Of a stretch of 64,000 nucleotides of DNA, positions 13,128-25,636 are shown piece by piece. Positions within the stretch are counted from its first letter, which is position 1. Each line of letters begins with the position of its first letter. The position numbers and the translations under genes were made by a program. Source of the DNA: Azolla caroliniana (Eukaryota; Plantae; Polypodiophyta); NCBI GenBank assembly GCA_043228905.1, contig JBHGNT010000008.1, positions 16,802,001 through 16,866,000 of the forward strand, in the 5' to 3' direction. The notes below the pieces were generated by a model, which did not search any database, had not been told where the DNA came from, and saw only the letters and a list, made by a program, of their open reading frames with translations.

Positions 13128-13188
<61 letters not shown>
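13128..13188. repeat. (GA)n microsatellite
   Basis: Pure AG dinucleotide run. Confidence 0.95.
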
Positions 13189-13191
<3 letters not shown>

Positions 13192-13814
13192 AACACAATA
13201 AGGTCTAACAAAGAGACTACATGGTTGTGTATTCAACACCTACATTATGTATTGTCCCATAGTGCATGGGTTGATAAAAGTGGTGTTTATAGCTAGTTTT
13301 ATAGAAATACACATAAAAATGGAGAAATCTTAGGGACATGTTATCAAGATTATTTATTGAAGATACAAAGCAAAAGTATTTAGTGAATGTTGGAAAAAAG
13401 AGGATATTTGGATATTATGAGCAATTAGATAAGCATCATGCTTGGGCATGTACATACATTGTTCAGTATGGATCTTTATGGTAGGTACTCATAAGTATCA
13501 CAAATTATGGTGTAGTCTATTTGCAATCAATATATTTTAATACAATTTGTATGTGATAGACAATATTGACATGGTCATTCAAACATTTTTGTCCTGGGTA
13601 ATATTGGGCACCATGACCAACATTGAAAGAAATGTTGCTTTACAAAATTATGTTGAGTTTTCCCATTCATGCATTATACAATAGGAGATCATGAGAAAAC
13701 AACTCAAGTTTGTAGGATTTGGGTAGGGAATTTCATATTTTGATGCATGATTCTTGTCCATCCATTATGAATATTTCTAATTGACAAGTTTAGAGGACTA
13801 CTCAACAGACACTA

Positions 13815-14103
13815 ATAGGTTTAGTGAATAAGGACACATTTCTTTCTTTGTCGAGATTTTATATATTCATATTCTCATCTGTCTCTTCATAAATATTTGC
13901 ACCTCACAATTTCAGACATCAACTATGTAGAAATAAGGGTTTAGCGAACAAGGGTGCCCCTTTCCAATGAATAGAGATTTTATCTACGAATATATTATTC
14001 TCATCTGTCCCCTCACAAGCATTTGCATTTGACAACTTCATAGAGAGAATGGAAAACAAGGACAAATTTCAGTGAATGATAGCGCTTAATTATGTGAATG
14101 GAG

Positions 14104-14144
<41 letters not shown>

Positions 14145-14530
14145 TACTATTATTGTTCGTCCTTTCAAAAGTATCTCCAAACCCACGAGTTTTTGGAGGG
14201 TTCAGCGAACGAGGGCGCATTCTTTTGTGAAAGAAGATGTAATACACCGACATCCTACTCTCGTTTGTCCCTTCATAAGCATTTGGCATGGGGTAGGTTT
14301 AGAGGGAACTGATTGGGCAACTTCAACGAGCGAGGGATGATTTTCTTTCTATCCATGAACTTATTCTCGCCCATCCCGTCATGGATAATTGGAAGCGACA
14401 AATGAAGAGGGCTCCGCGGACAAATATAGGGATGATTTTCTTTCTATCCATGAACTTATTCTTGTCCATGCCTTCACGAATAATTGGAAGTGACAAATGC
14501 AGAGGGCTCGGCGGACAAATGTAGGGTTAG
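13815..14530. repeat. Diverged direct repeats upstream of the PPR gene, with an (AT)n tract
   Basis: AGGGTTTAGCGAAC..ATTCTCATCTGTC..AAGCATTTG units at ~13817, ~13936 and ~14197. GGGATGATTTTCTTTCTATCCATGAACTTATTCT at ~14334 and ~14428. Confidence 0.7.
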
Positions 14531-14834
14531 CAAAAGAGCGCGCCCCCAACACCTACCAAGGTGTGTCCCCTGACACACCTTTCATAGAGTCAGCTCATTT
14601 GAGACAAGCATATATATATATATACCAATTTGTAAGCTTACTTTCATTCCATGCCCAATTCTCTTAATATCCCATGGCTTATGCATTCCCTTGGACTCTG
14701 TATGCTTCTCTACCAAAAAAACTTGAAGACATGGATCAAGCCAAGGAACCCATGGCATGCCCCAAAACCACTTTTCTGATGAAAAGGAATGATGGGTTCT
14801 CACCAATTCATGGGGACATGTTGAAAAACTATCC

Positions 14835-16820
14835 ATGTTAGCATCTCACCTTCTTCATGAGATCAAACAATGCACTCAGAGAAAAGATCTCACATCAGCA
14901 AGAAAAGCACATGCTTTGCTTGTTAGTAATGGCTATGACTGTGATGCTTACTTGGGCAGTTACTTGATTCGCATGTTCATCTCATGTGATAGCTTATCCT
15001 GTGCAAATACCGTGTTTTCTAAGCTCTACAAACCTAATGTTTATGCATGGAGTGATATTATTTTGGCTAATACTAACAATGGACAGAGTGAGAGAGCAAT
15101 CGGTATCTACCATCAAATGCAAACGGTGCTCATCCGGCCGGACAAATGCGTGTTCGTAGCTGCTCTCAAGGCTTGTGCAAGCGCAAAGTTTCTTATAGAT
15201 GGTAAGAGAGTGCATTGTGATATAATAAGATGTGGATTGGAGCAAAATGTGTTCATTCGAAGCTCGCTTGTGGACATGTATGCGAAATGCAAGAGTCTCG
15301 AAGATGCATGTAATGTGTTTGATGAAATGCCGACCAATGATGTGGTGGTTTGGAACACAATGATATCCGGGTATGCATCACATGGACATTGTTGTCAAGC
15401 TTTAGAGTTGCTTCATTCTATGCAAATACAAGGACCTCAGCCTAACCACAGGTCTTGGACAGCCATTCTCTCGGGTTATGCCCACTATGGTCATGATAAA
15501 GATGCATCTCAACTCATTCAACAAATGTCATATGAGGGTTTAGAACCTAATATAGTCACGTGGAATGCATTGATTTCAGGTTATGTCCTGCATGGACACA
15601 ATGAGGAGGCAATACAAGTTTTCAGCCAAATGTTCGGAGGAAATCATCGACCCGATAAAGTCACTTACCTAAGTTTAGTGAAAGCATGTGCCAGTAAAGT
15701 TGATCTACAACTTGGAAAGCTAATACACAATCAAATGATCAATGATGACATTGATATCGGTGTGGTCATCGCGACCTCGCTTATTGATATGTATGCAAAA
15801 TGTGGAAGCTTTGAGAATGCATGGTGTCTATTTGAGAAACTCTCGAAGAAAGATGTTGTCGCTTGGAATACAATTATATCAGGGTATGTCTTGCATGGTT
15901 GTGGGATGGATGCATTCTGTAAATTTCAGCAGATGCAAGCAGAGGGAATCATGCCTGATATTACAACTCTCCTTAGCATCCTCAAAATGTGCTCTCTCAC
16001 ATCGGCATTGAATATTGGAATGATAATCCATTCTAGTATGATAGATAGTGGTTTGGACGTAGATGAATATGTTGCAAGTAGTCTCATTGACATGTACGCT
16101 GGATCTGGAAGTTTGAAAGATGCACGCAAAATCTTTGATAAGATGCCTAAGGTTGATCTAGCTAGTTGGAATGCTTTGGTTGCTGGATATGCAATTTCAA
16201 GCGACTATCCGCCGGTTGATAAATTGCTCGAAGATATGCAAAGTAAAGGTTTGGCCCCGGATGGTGTTACATTTGTTTCTTTGCTCTCTTCGTGTGGTTT
16301 TCTTGGATTGGTCGATGAAGGTTCTAAGTTATTCAACTCAATGAGGGAAACCTATGGAGTTTCTCATACAAATGAGCACTTTGGATGTATGGTTGATCTT
16401 CTTGGTGGTTCTGGTTTTCTATTAGAGGCAGAGGATTTTCTCCATGTAGTTCCACATCAACCCACGATTGTGCCATGGACTTCTTTGCTCAATAGTTGTA
16501 GGATCTTCAATGATGTAGATATAGCTGAGCATTGCTTTAAGCATGTTGTTGATATGGATGAGAGTTGTGCTTCGGCTTATGCACTTATGTCAATCATTTA
16601 TTCAACCTCTGGCATGGGTCATTATTCATGTATATTAAAGGAAATGAGGCAACATTCTAATGCATGGAAAAAACCAGGAAGAGCTTATATTGAGATTGAT
16701 AGTGGGTTGCATGGATTTGTGGTTGGCGATGATGTACATCCTCAATGTGAAGAAATATATAGAAAGTTGGATGCTTTAACCATTCACCTTAAGGTGGAAG
16801 GGCATGTATGGTTCTACTAA
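14835..16820 (+). CDS. PLS-class pentatricopeptide repeat protein, E1/E2/E+ (no DYW deaminase), putative organellar RNA-editing factor
   Basis: Intronless 661-aa ORF. P-L-S motifs (LVDMYAKC, DVVVWNTMISGY), E motifs (EHFGCMVDLLG, WTSLLNSC, AYALMSIIY) and PG box WKKPGRAYIEID. Ends at EGHVWFY. Confidence 0.93.
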   Translation: MLASHLLHEIKQCTQRKDLTSARKAHALLVSNGYDCDAYLGSYLIRMFISCDSLSCANTVFSKLYKPNVYAWSDIILANTNNGQSERAIGIYHQMQTVLIRPDKCVFVAALKACASAKFLIDGKRVHCDIIRCGLEQNVFIRSSLVDMYAKCKSLEDACNVFDEMPTNDVVVWNTMISGYASHGHCCQALELLHSMQIQGPQPNHRSWTAILSGYAHYGHDKDASQLIQQMSYEGLEPNIVTWNALISGYVLHGHNEEAIQVFSQMFGGNHRPDKVTYLSLVKACASKVDLQLGKLIHNQMINDDIDIGVVIATSLIDMYAKCGSFENAWCLFEKLSKKDVVAWNTIISGYVLHGCGMDAFCKFQQMQAEGIMPDITTLLSILKMCSLTSALNIGMIIHSSMIDSGLDVDEYVASSLIDMYAGSGSLKDARKIFDKMPKVDLASWNALVAGYAISSDYPPVDKLLEDMQSKGLAPDGVTFVSLLSSCGFLGLVDEGSKLFNSMRETYGVSHTNEHFGCMVDLLGGSGFLLEAEDFLHVVPHQPTIVPWTSLLNSCRIFNDVDIAEHCFKHVVDMDESCASAYALMSIIYSTSGMGHYSCILKEMRQHSNAWKKPGRAYIEIDSGLHGFVVGDDVHPQCEEIYRKLDALTIHLKVEGHVWFY

Positions 16821-17576
16821 ATGATGATGTCAACACTCTGGATGGAAGTATTCCATTTTTGAAATGCAATTTGGTATCAGGCATTAAAGATGCTTTAAGT
16901 AAAGCATATCCTCTGATTGAAAATATCAAATGTTTTAATCTACTTCCATGATTCATACATTTCAAGATAAATGAAGGGGAACCTGGATAGTTAAAAGGAG
17001 TGGCTATTATATTTAGTGATTGGTGTATCATGAGAAATTATTCCTAGAAATAGAAATATAATTTAATGTGTGATCAATAATAAAAGAAAACAAGACATTG
17101 CTTGCAAGGCACAATATGATGGGTTGCAACTTATTTGTAGATAATCAAGTAACATCTAAAAACTGATCAGAGAGAAAAATTTGCAATAATCTCAAGAAAC
17201 AAAGTATAATACTGAGAACAAGAAGTGATCCATAGTTTACAAAACCTTCAACAATTCATTACATTGTATATACAAGTACAACTTCTGAAAGTCAAAAGGA
17301 AAAAAACTTACATATCAGGTGTTGGATCATATCACAAGAATAAAGAATAGCATGAAATCAACACTACAAATAATACAAAACATGTGTTGGATACCAGCAT
17401 GGGTTCTAGCGACTGTGTCTTTATGTCAATGGGAATTTGCTAAAATCCTTGTGTTTGGAATATGCTTTCAGTTGTGACGCAATACATTAACACTATGTGG
17501 AAGGCTGATTTACTTGGAAATAATACCAGAATAAACACGTCTTTCAGGTGATGGCTCTCTTCCATATCACTTGTCA

Positions 17577-19782
17577 TTACTCTTTGATTGTGTCAACTAC
17601 CTTAGAATGAACACGCTTTTTAGCAACAACTGGAGCCGGCCTTTTTAGGACTACTTTCTTTCTTGTATTTTGTTCCTTTGTTTTCATTTTGGATTCTTTG
17701 TTTGGTCTCACTTTTGAAGAATTATTTACACCCCTTATCCGACTATCTTTGGATTCTTGTTTAGATCTCTCTTTTGAAGAATCGTTTACACCACTTATCC
17801 AACGATCCAGCCAGATCCAGCTCCATGTTGAGTTATCAAGCTCATAGTCAAGAAAATAATCAGAGTTGAATGATGAATTTGCTCTCCACTGTCACAAAAA
17901 GCACAATCTGAATGGGTTTTCTTCTTTCCTTTATAAATCGTATAATTGTATTTAATCACATTACAATTATAATACAAAATTAATAGGTCATACGACCATC
18001 GTGACAGCCATTGCTTTGTCTCTTCTTTCGTATTAAGACTGTACCCTAGAGGAAATCCCAGTATTTACTAACCCATGCACCTGGGTTCAAATCTCATTAT
18101 ATGCACTACTTTAGTAGATGCCACTGCAGAATGTAGGAGAGGAATACATTATCTGATTCCCACTGGATAACCTTATCAAGTAAGCTACATGTGTCTCCCT
18201 CTCTATCCTTTTTTTTGTCATGCCTTATCCTGGTGTATGCCATCTAGGCTATCAACCAAGGTCATGGGATTCAAATCCTTACTTCTACGCATTTTTTGTT
18301 ACACTACATATCACTTCTACTAAATCACATGCCACATCAGTATATCAAACTAACCTTGCGGTCTCCAAACAGTTGACACAGCCATCTCAACAATGACCCA
18401 ATTGGCTCTATCTTGTTTTAGGGATTACCCTAGTGGTAAGCCAAGTTTTAGAAAACCATGCACTTAAGAGTCAAATTTATAAGATTTCATGAGGTAACTT
18501 TCAATTTCATTAAGTAACTTTGGCCTTTGGAGTAACTTCCGTTTTCATTTCATTCTCAAATTCAGACAAAGAAAGAGGAGCGATGAATGAGAGGGTATAT
18601 GTTCTTCCCTCTCTAGACAACATAAGAACTGTGGACTAATAAACAGCCGATGGAATCCATTGAATCTCCAAATGTGTCCAAGTATGCGTAACATTGTTCT
18701 CTCCTTCCTCTTGCAGAGAAAGAGATTAGAATTTCTTGATTTTGTAAGAATGACATTACCTGATTTGAGAAAGCATATGCCAAGGCCCGCTCACGTTTAA
18801 CTGCTGCATCACGTCTTTGTTGAACTCTCGCATGGATTTCCTCAAGTGTTCCAGTGGCATCACACCACTCTGCCTGTCAAACGTATATCTATATCCTCTA
18901 TAAGCAAAGAAGAAAATAATACTACATTTTCTTGTAAAGTATTGAAATTCTTCATATAAAAGAACTTAGATTCAGTATATCACTTCTGATTCCACAGTGC
19001 ATGGTGATATTGTATTTCCGGGATGTTTTTGAGGTCCTCCTAATGTGCTTCGCCTCTTTAATGCACGTTGTTCATGAATTTGTGCTTGAATCCGCACAAA
19101 ATCTCGGATTGGACGTAAACTTGCAAGAGATTGTTCACGAACCTTGCGCCCGTTGATAGTTGCTCGTAGGCATGCAAGCGCCTTTAAGGCTCGGAGTGCC
19201 CTTCTTGCCTGATTCAGCATAATAGAATATATATGTGCAAAAACAAATTACGAAGAATTTGTCTGGTTTGGACTTGAAAACAAAATAAATTTGAATATCC
19301 TAGTAAGAGGTTTATGTCAAAGGAGAAATGATGAATCTAACCAAGAACCCACGGAATGCAGTTTGGATCCGGATTGCCGCTCGCTCTTCTTGGCTATATT
19401 CTTCATCATTTTCTTTTTTTGAAATGATAACCTCAATTTCCTGGGAACCATTTTGAGCTAATCCTTTCTTAAAATCATTGGATGATTTCCATAAAGTCCA
19501 GGTTCGAGGCTTATCCTTATCCTATTTGCAGATCAAACAAAAACAAACATTTAGGAGACAAAATACAATGATGAACCCTATAAGTCCCCATATAAATGAT
19601 CTCACTTTCCCAACACACATGTGTAATACACATATTGAGTGCAAATTGAATATTTGACATACAGAATAAGATATGAAGACTTAAAACAATGGCATTGGCT
19701 AATGCGGAGAATTTACACTGGATGTAGTCTTTCCACGATTCGATTTTTTTCTCCGAACAATGGATTTAAGCCACGAACCCAT
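17577..19782 (-). CDS. IQD: IQ67-domain (IQD) calmodulin-binding protein, ~298 aa
   Basis: Exons 19782-19717, 19521-19342, 19208-18984, 18873-18760, 17888-17577, all phase 0. AAIRIQTAFRGFL|ARRALRALK carries the conserved IQ67 intron. Also AAVKRERALAYAFSNQ and WSWIWLDRW. Confidence 0.92.
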
Positions 19783-20711
19783 CTTGAAGTTATTCTATTA
19801 TGGCATCCAACACTAGTAATGGTTCTACATTCAGAACAAAAGATGAAATTCAGCTATTCTAACCATTAATTTGAGGGGATTTATTTAATTCTTCAAGTTA
19901 TAATCATCATTTGTTTCACTTTTTTATGCATAGATTATTTATTAATGGCATCACAATTATAACTTTGAGAAGAAGAGAAAAACATCTTCTCCAATAAATA
20001 GATGAAATTTGTGATTCCAAATGAATCACAAAATTGCAATGTCTATAATTTGGAATCACAATAATTACACATTCGATCATTTCAAAATCACAATTGCATA
20101 TCTGATTGCAACAATGGGTAATTCAGGTCTGATTCATTAAGGAAACATGATGATCACAGGTGAATAAGCTTATGAATTTCAAGAATGAGATTAATCTGAA
20201 TCATTCCCCTTATAGAAGGATAATCTCAGAGACCAAATTAAGCTATCAATACCTATGCATTAAAATGTTTTAAAAAACACACCAAATTTAAGCCCAAAAA
20301 AACACCCTTTTCTTATAAGAACCCCCATTCCCCCCCCCCCAAAAGATAAATACATATATTGAAATTCAATGGGGGAATGACAAAAAATTAAAAGCTTCTC
20401 ATTAAGAAGAGCCTTGAAAAGGAACCTAGGATGGTTAATCCGGTTGAAGAGAGGGCATATGAAGAGGTGAGAGAGAGAGAGAGAGAGAGAGTTTTAAGAC
20501 ACTTACATGTTACAGGAAGGTCTTCAGAATGAATGAGCAGAATAAAGCTTCCATGACTGTTCTTGAACTTCCCAATAGTGAGCGCCCCCTCCCCACCCCC
20601 CAATTCTCTTCTTCTTCTTTCTTCTTCTTCTTCTTCTTCTTTATATCATTGCTTCTTAAAAGCCCCAAAACTTGTCTCTTTTGTCCCCCATTTGCGATTC
20701 GCGAGCACGAG

Positions 20712-20875
20712 CATGTGTCCTGTGTCCTGTGTCCGGGTCCAGGTTCGGGTTCGGGTTCATCATGTGTCCACTGTCTCGTGTCCGGGTTCATGTCATGTGT
20801 CCTGTGTCCGGGTCCGGGTTCATGTCATGTGTCCACTATCCTGTGTCCGGGTCCGGGTTTGTATCCCGTGTCCGG
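20712..20875. repeat. TGTCC/GGGTCCGGGTTCA short-motif repeat cluster upstream of IQD
   Basis: About four imperfect CATGTGTCC..TGTGTCCGGGTCCGGGTT units. Confidence 0.75.
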
Positions 20876-23569
20876 CCTCTGGCCTGAATACTCACTTCCA
20901 GCCTTTTGTTTTGGTTGGGCCTCCATATCCTAACTTTGGCATGTTGTTTTCGGCTTCATGTTCGATTACTTAACTTGAGAGCTTTTCTGTTCACATCCAC
21001 ACTTGGATCGAGGTCCCAGATTTGGGTTTGTTTGGGCTGGGAAGGACGCACCTCTGGTGTACCAGTTATCGTGCCCACCTCGGCCCTATTGGGGAGGCCG
21101 CAACAATAGGAGCAGGGGAACCTCCAGAGGCCGATTCTGACCTTTTTTGGTCCTTGTTCGACGGTTCGAAGAATGCTTTGCCATCTAAGCTCTCATGTTG
21201 GGTTCAGCATTTGAATAACTTCCTTTGAGCTTTCTATTCAAGGTGGGTTCGGGTTTTGTCAAACGCTTTTTGCAAGCTTTGTGTTTTCTTCAGGTGGGGC
21301 TTGATTATGTTATGTCCTGCGTTTTCCGTTCAAGGCTTTGAATCCTTACTTTGATCCAATTGTCGCAGAATTGTCATTGGGCACTAAAATAAACATCACA
21401 TATATATATATAATATGTTATGGTTCTCGATAGACCAACAAATATGATCCACATGACCTAGAAGAAAACATGAAAATAAGTATAAGCTAGCTAGGGTCAT
21501 CTAGCGAAATAGAGAAATCGGTGGGTTTCAATTAACCAAGGCCTAACCAACGCTAAAGATATGCCATAACACAAAAAAGTTGAGCTATCATAAATAAACA
21601 ATGATCATGGAATTATACTTGAATAATTGACCTTTTATTGTATTGATTGACATTTGAAGAATTGTTTGACTCAAATAATCGCCGCATGATGTCTTTAAAA
21701 TATGGCATTTTCAGTTACTTATTGATTAGCATTAAAGATACTTAAACACATTTTATTAGAGAAAAATGTTGTTTGTTAGTTATAGAGTGGAATAATGAAT
21801 ACTTAGGGTGCCCAGTCATTCATGACAACACACAATTTGTTGTTGAGTCACTGTAGAAGCATCTTATTAGTTCCAAACTCACTTTCACACCGGCAACAAC
21901 TTGGACAAACACATGTAATAAAACAAAATTTAGTCGATCATTGAATCGACAAATAACTTTTCGGTAGCAGGTAAACTGTAGCTTTCAATGTTCTAGTCAT
22001 GGCCCTCTTGAAATTTTGTTCACCTAATGATTTGATGATTCATCAAAGAGTTCAGTGATATGCATGATGCATCTAATAATATACACTTCTTAAGGCCTTC
22101 ATTTTAGATGAACACATTTATACACCTTTCCCATTTACAAATTCAAAGAGAATGAATCATGACATTTCCGTCGGCTTACAATCAACGTGTTAACTTTTCT
22201 ATTCTAAACTATGAAAAAAGATAAGGCTAAATGCTTGTTGGATGCCTTTTTCCAATGTATATTTTAGGAAATGTTTAGGTATATTTTATGAGGAAGATTT
22301 CTAAAATATTGCCACGTAATACGGGAAATTGAAAATATTATTAGTAATGTTTGTAAAAGTAGACGGAATATCAATGGAAAGTCAGAAGATATAGCTACAA
22401 TGTCTCTATTCTTCGTTCATATTGTTGTGCTCAATATCATTTTTTACCCTTAAAATTGGATATTTGTTTCCCTTGAAAGTTGGCCCTAAACAATTTCTTG
22501 AGTATCAACACTCTCGTAAGTGCTCTACTTTTTATCATATTTGACTTTTCTTTCCACGCATCGTCAATCTCATACTATCCCTACACACATTTGTTCACAA
22601 TCATTGTGTGCCCTCTTAATCACAAACACATATTAGTAAAATTTATGAACATTGAGGGTCACTATTAAAACTCTATACCCACATGGAAATGTTTCATTTT
22701 TCCCACAAATATTTTACCTTTGATGTGGCTACCACTAGCAATGGGCCCAGTTTCGGCTCAAACCGAACCGAACCGTTAAATCGTGGCTTAACGGTTTATT
22801 GGTTCAAAGATAAATAAACCATTAGGTTTGGTTTCAAATGTTATGATCTGGTTTGGTTTCGATTCGGTTCGGTTTTGAATTTCATGGTTTAGTGGTTTAG
22901 CGGTTTCGGTTTAAAGGTTTATAGATTTATAGGTTTATAGGTTAAAAAATATTCTTAAATTTTCATCTCTAGGCTCTAACTTTCAGCTTTTAATTTTAAA
23001 CCTCTAGGCTCCAACTTATTAAATTTTATATGCATTATAAGTAGAGTCTCCTTTTGATGTATGATTATCAAATTTATGATAAATATGATGACCAAATTTA
23101 TGTTTTAAACCTCTAGGCTCTAACTTATTAAATTTTATATGCATTATAAGTAGAGTCTCCTTTTGATGTATGATTATCAAATTTATGATAAATATGATGA
23201 CCAAATTTATGACAGGTATGATGACCAAATTTATAATAAGTGTGATAACCAAATTTATGATGATTTTCTCACACAAATTCATAATATGTATGATAATCAA
23301 TATCTCTAAAAATGGTTTGGTTTGGTTCTAAATTTCCCGTAAACGTTTTGGTTTGGTTTTTATTATAAATAAATGGTTTGGTTTGGTTTCAAGTAGGGAT
23401 CGACAACGGCTCGGCTCAAGCCTAAACCGTTTGGCTTAGTCGGCTTGAAAACGACTTAACGGCTTAACGGCTCGGCTCGGCTTGAGCCGAGCCGTTCCGA
23501 CCCAAGCCGGCTAAACTGTTTAAGTCGGCTATCAACTTTAGAGAGAGGGGGAGAGAGACAATAAACAAG

Positions 23570-23614
<45 letters not shown>

Positions 23615-23616
23615 CA

Positions 23617-23690
23617 AATGGATGTAGCTCAGTTGGTAAGGTTGCCCAATAGAGACCAGGTAGTCATGGGTTCAATCCCTACATTCCACA
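23617..23690 (+). pseudogene. tRNA-like sequence (pseudo-tRNA or SINE head)
   Basis: A-box TAGCTCAGTTGG and B-box GGTTCAATCCC at tRNA spacing. The anticodon stem does not pair. Confidence 0.65.
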
Positions 23691-23739
23691 GTGGCATCTA
23701 GTGAAATAGAGATATATATGAAGTATATAATAGAGAGGT

Positions 23740-23808
23740 GAGGAAATTGGGTTTCGAACCCAAGACACAATACTTGTAGTGTTATCAACTTACCACTAGG
23801 GTAAGCTA
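23740..23808 (-). pseudogene. tRNA-like sequence on the opposite strand
   Basis: Minus strand reads TACCCTAGTGGTAAG...GGGTTCGAAACCC (A- and B-box-like, with a pairing T stem). Confidence 0.55.
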
Positions 23809-24364
23809 ATTACGATTTTAAAAAAAAGAAAAAAAGAGAGAGAGAAAGAGAGAGACTACACAGAGGGGAGAGAGAGAGAGAGGAACTACATAGAGGGGAG
23901 AGATCAAGCCAAACCGGCTAAGCCTAAACCGAACCGTTGTCGATCCCTAGTTTCAAGGCCAAGAAACCGAATCGAATCGAAACCGAACCGGGCCCATTGC
24001 TAGCTACCACACTAATGGATATCTTATGGCAAGGTAAACCGTCTTTGGTATTTGTAAGACATGCTAAGCAAAGGAATTTCCCTTTGAGGATAAGGTGCCC
24101 ATATAACTAAGTTGAAGAACGACTAAAACAATTATCCTTTCGACCTATGTCAAGTTGTGTGTTAGAGGACAACTAATAATTAAGCATATTGTAAGGAAAT
24201 GTGGACCAAGAAAGGAAAGAGGGGTGATGTATCACCTAACCACCCCTTTGCGACGACGTGAGATGGACCCAAATCTCCGTCTTGTCCTATACCACATAAT
24301 GTTGATGTAGGTTGTACTTTGGGTTATGAGAGGATCACACGTGCTTAGCTAAAAAGAGCAATAT

Positions 24365-24862
24365 TAGCTATGGGCTTGATTTTGGCTCAAATCGAACAGA
24401 ATAGTTAAGCCATGGTTTAATGGTTTATTGGTTCCAAAAAAATTTAATGGTTTGGATTTTTAATAAACGGTTCGGTTTTAGTTAGGTTTGGTTCTACAAC
24501 TCAAGTTTATTGATTTATAGGTTTAAATGGTTTGGTTTAAAGGTTTATTGGTTAACTTTTTTTCCCCCTTAATCGTTTTTTATTGATCTAATAAATATAG
24601 TTTAAATGCTTATTCAATTTAATGTATTTTTGTTTATTTGGATTCTTAATTAGTTTGATTTAAATGGTTAAGTTTAAATTTTTTATTAAATGGTTTGGTT
24701 TGGTTTCAACTTTTCCCTAAATTGTTTGGTTTACCTTTTCTTAAACGATTTGTTTTAGATGGCTTCAAAGTTAATAAACGGTTTGGTTTGGTTTTTGTTT
24801 TATATAAACAGTTTGGTTTGGTTTCAAGGGAAAGAAACTGAACCGAATCGGGCCCATTGCCA
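24365..24862. mobile_element. Older hAT MITE, family A
   Basis: Degenerate TIRs TAGCTATGGGCTT...GGGCCCATTGCCA and the same GGTTT subterminal repeats. No clean TSD. Confidence 0.8.
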
Positions 24863-25182
24863 ACCATAACCACGTTAATACAGACTTGAGAGGTCAAGCC
24901 TCCTTGATAAGAAGGTAACCCACCTTCTAATATAGGCAAAAATGTTAAGACCTTGTGTGTTCACAAAGTTGGCTACTTCATGTAAAGTGATTAAGGTTAT
25001 CTGACACTGTAGTCTTGTAGATTTATAAATTTATAATTAACACACGTATTCATCATAAGATTAGGGGAACCAATGATAAACCTATCTCAATAGCAATTAT
25101 GGTTATGTACATAACATTGTGGTACTCCATAGAGATCGTCAAGCGAAAATCCATTTCTCATACTCCTACCATAGATGCCTAC

Positions 25183-25636
25183 TATTAGAGATCTAGGTAC
25201 TAAAGTAAGCTTAAGATAAGGATAAACTAATGATAGATAGAAAGGAGAAAGAGAAAGAAGGGTGCCGATCCACCCGACCACCCCCGAGCGAAGGGATCGA
25301 GATAGACTTGAGCCTCGATCAGCGTCCCATACCACCGTCGTGGCGTCGAGTCGTACCTGGTGCTGGCGCGCTCGCTACAAGAGTTGACCTACCACAAGAG
25401 CAGAGTCTCGATGTAGTCAAAAGATGATCAAATGAGGGTAGTTAGGCCTCTTATTTATAACGATACCCAAGGCCCCCAGGCAAGTTCACACTTGACCTAA
25501 TGGGTTGTCTCAATCCTGAGGATTAAATGTAATCCTCCCCTTCTTTACACTCTCGTTTACCCTCACACTTATCCACATGTATAGAATACTACGGTAAATT
25601 CTCACCACGGGATATTAAATGGTCATGCCCGTAACA
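25183..25636 (-). repeat. 3' LTR of the chromovirus
   Basis: About 15 substitutions plus 1 indel versus the other LTR (hand count). Confidence 0.95.

Larger units (their letters stand above)
23394..23949. mobile_element. Nested hAT-type MITE (family B) carrying two tRNA-like modules
   Basis: TIRs TAGGGATCGACAACGG...CCGTTGTCGATCCCTA. Perfect 8-bp TSD GTTTCAAG (23386-23393, 23950-23957). Confidence 0.93.
22736..24002. mobile_element. hAT-type MITE (family A) containing a nested MITE
   Basis: TIRs TAGCAATGGGCCC...GGGCCCATTGCTA. Perfect 8-bp TSD GCTACCAC (22728-22735, 24003-24010). AACCG/GGTTT subterminal repeats and an internal tandem duplication (~22995-23210). Confidence 0.93.

Noticed and set aside
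14731-14841. N-terminal extension (transit peptide) of the PPR from ATG 14731
   Set aside because: Different frame ending in TAG. The PPR frame also has an upstream TGA, so at most this is an overlapping uORF or a frameshifted relic.
20510-20973. Cys/Pro/Gly-rich ORFs
   Set aside because: Translations of microsatellite and short repeats upstream of IQD.
23617-23808. Functional tRNA genes
   Set aside because: The anticodon and acceptor stems do not pair properly, so they are reported only as tRNA-like.
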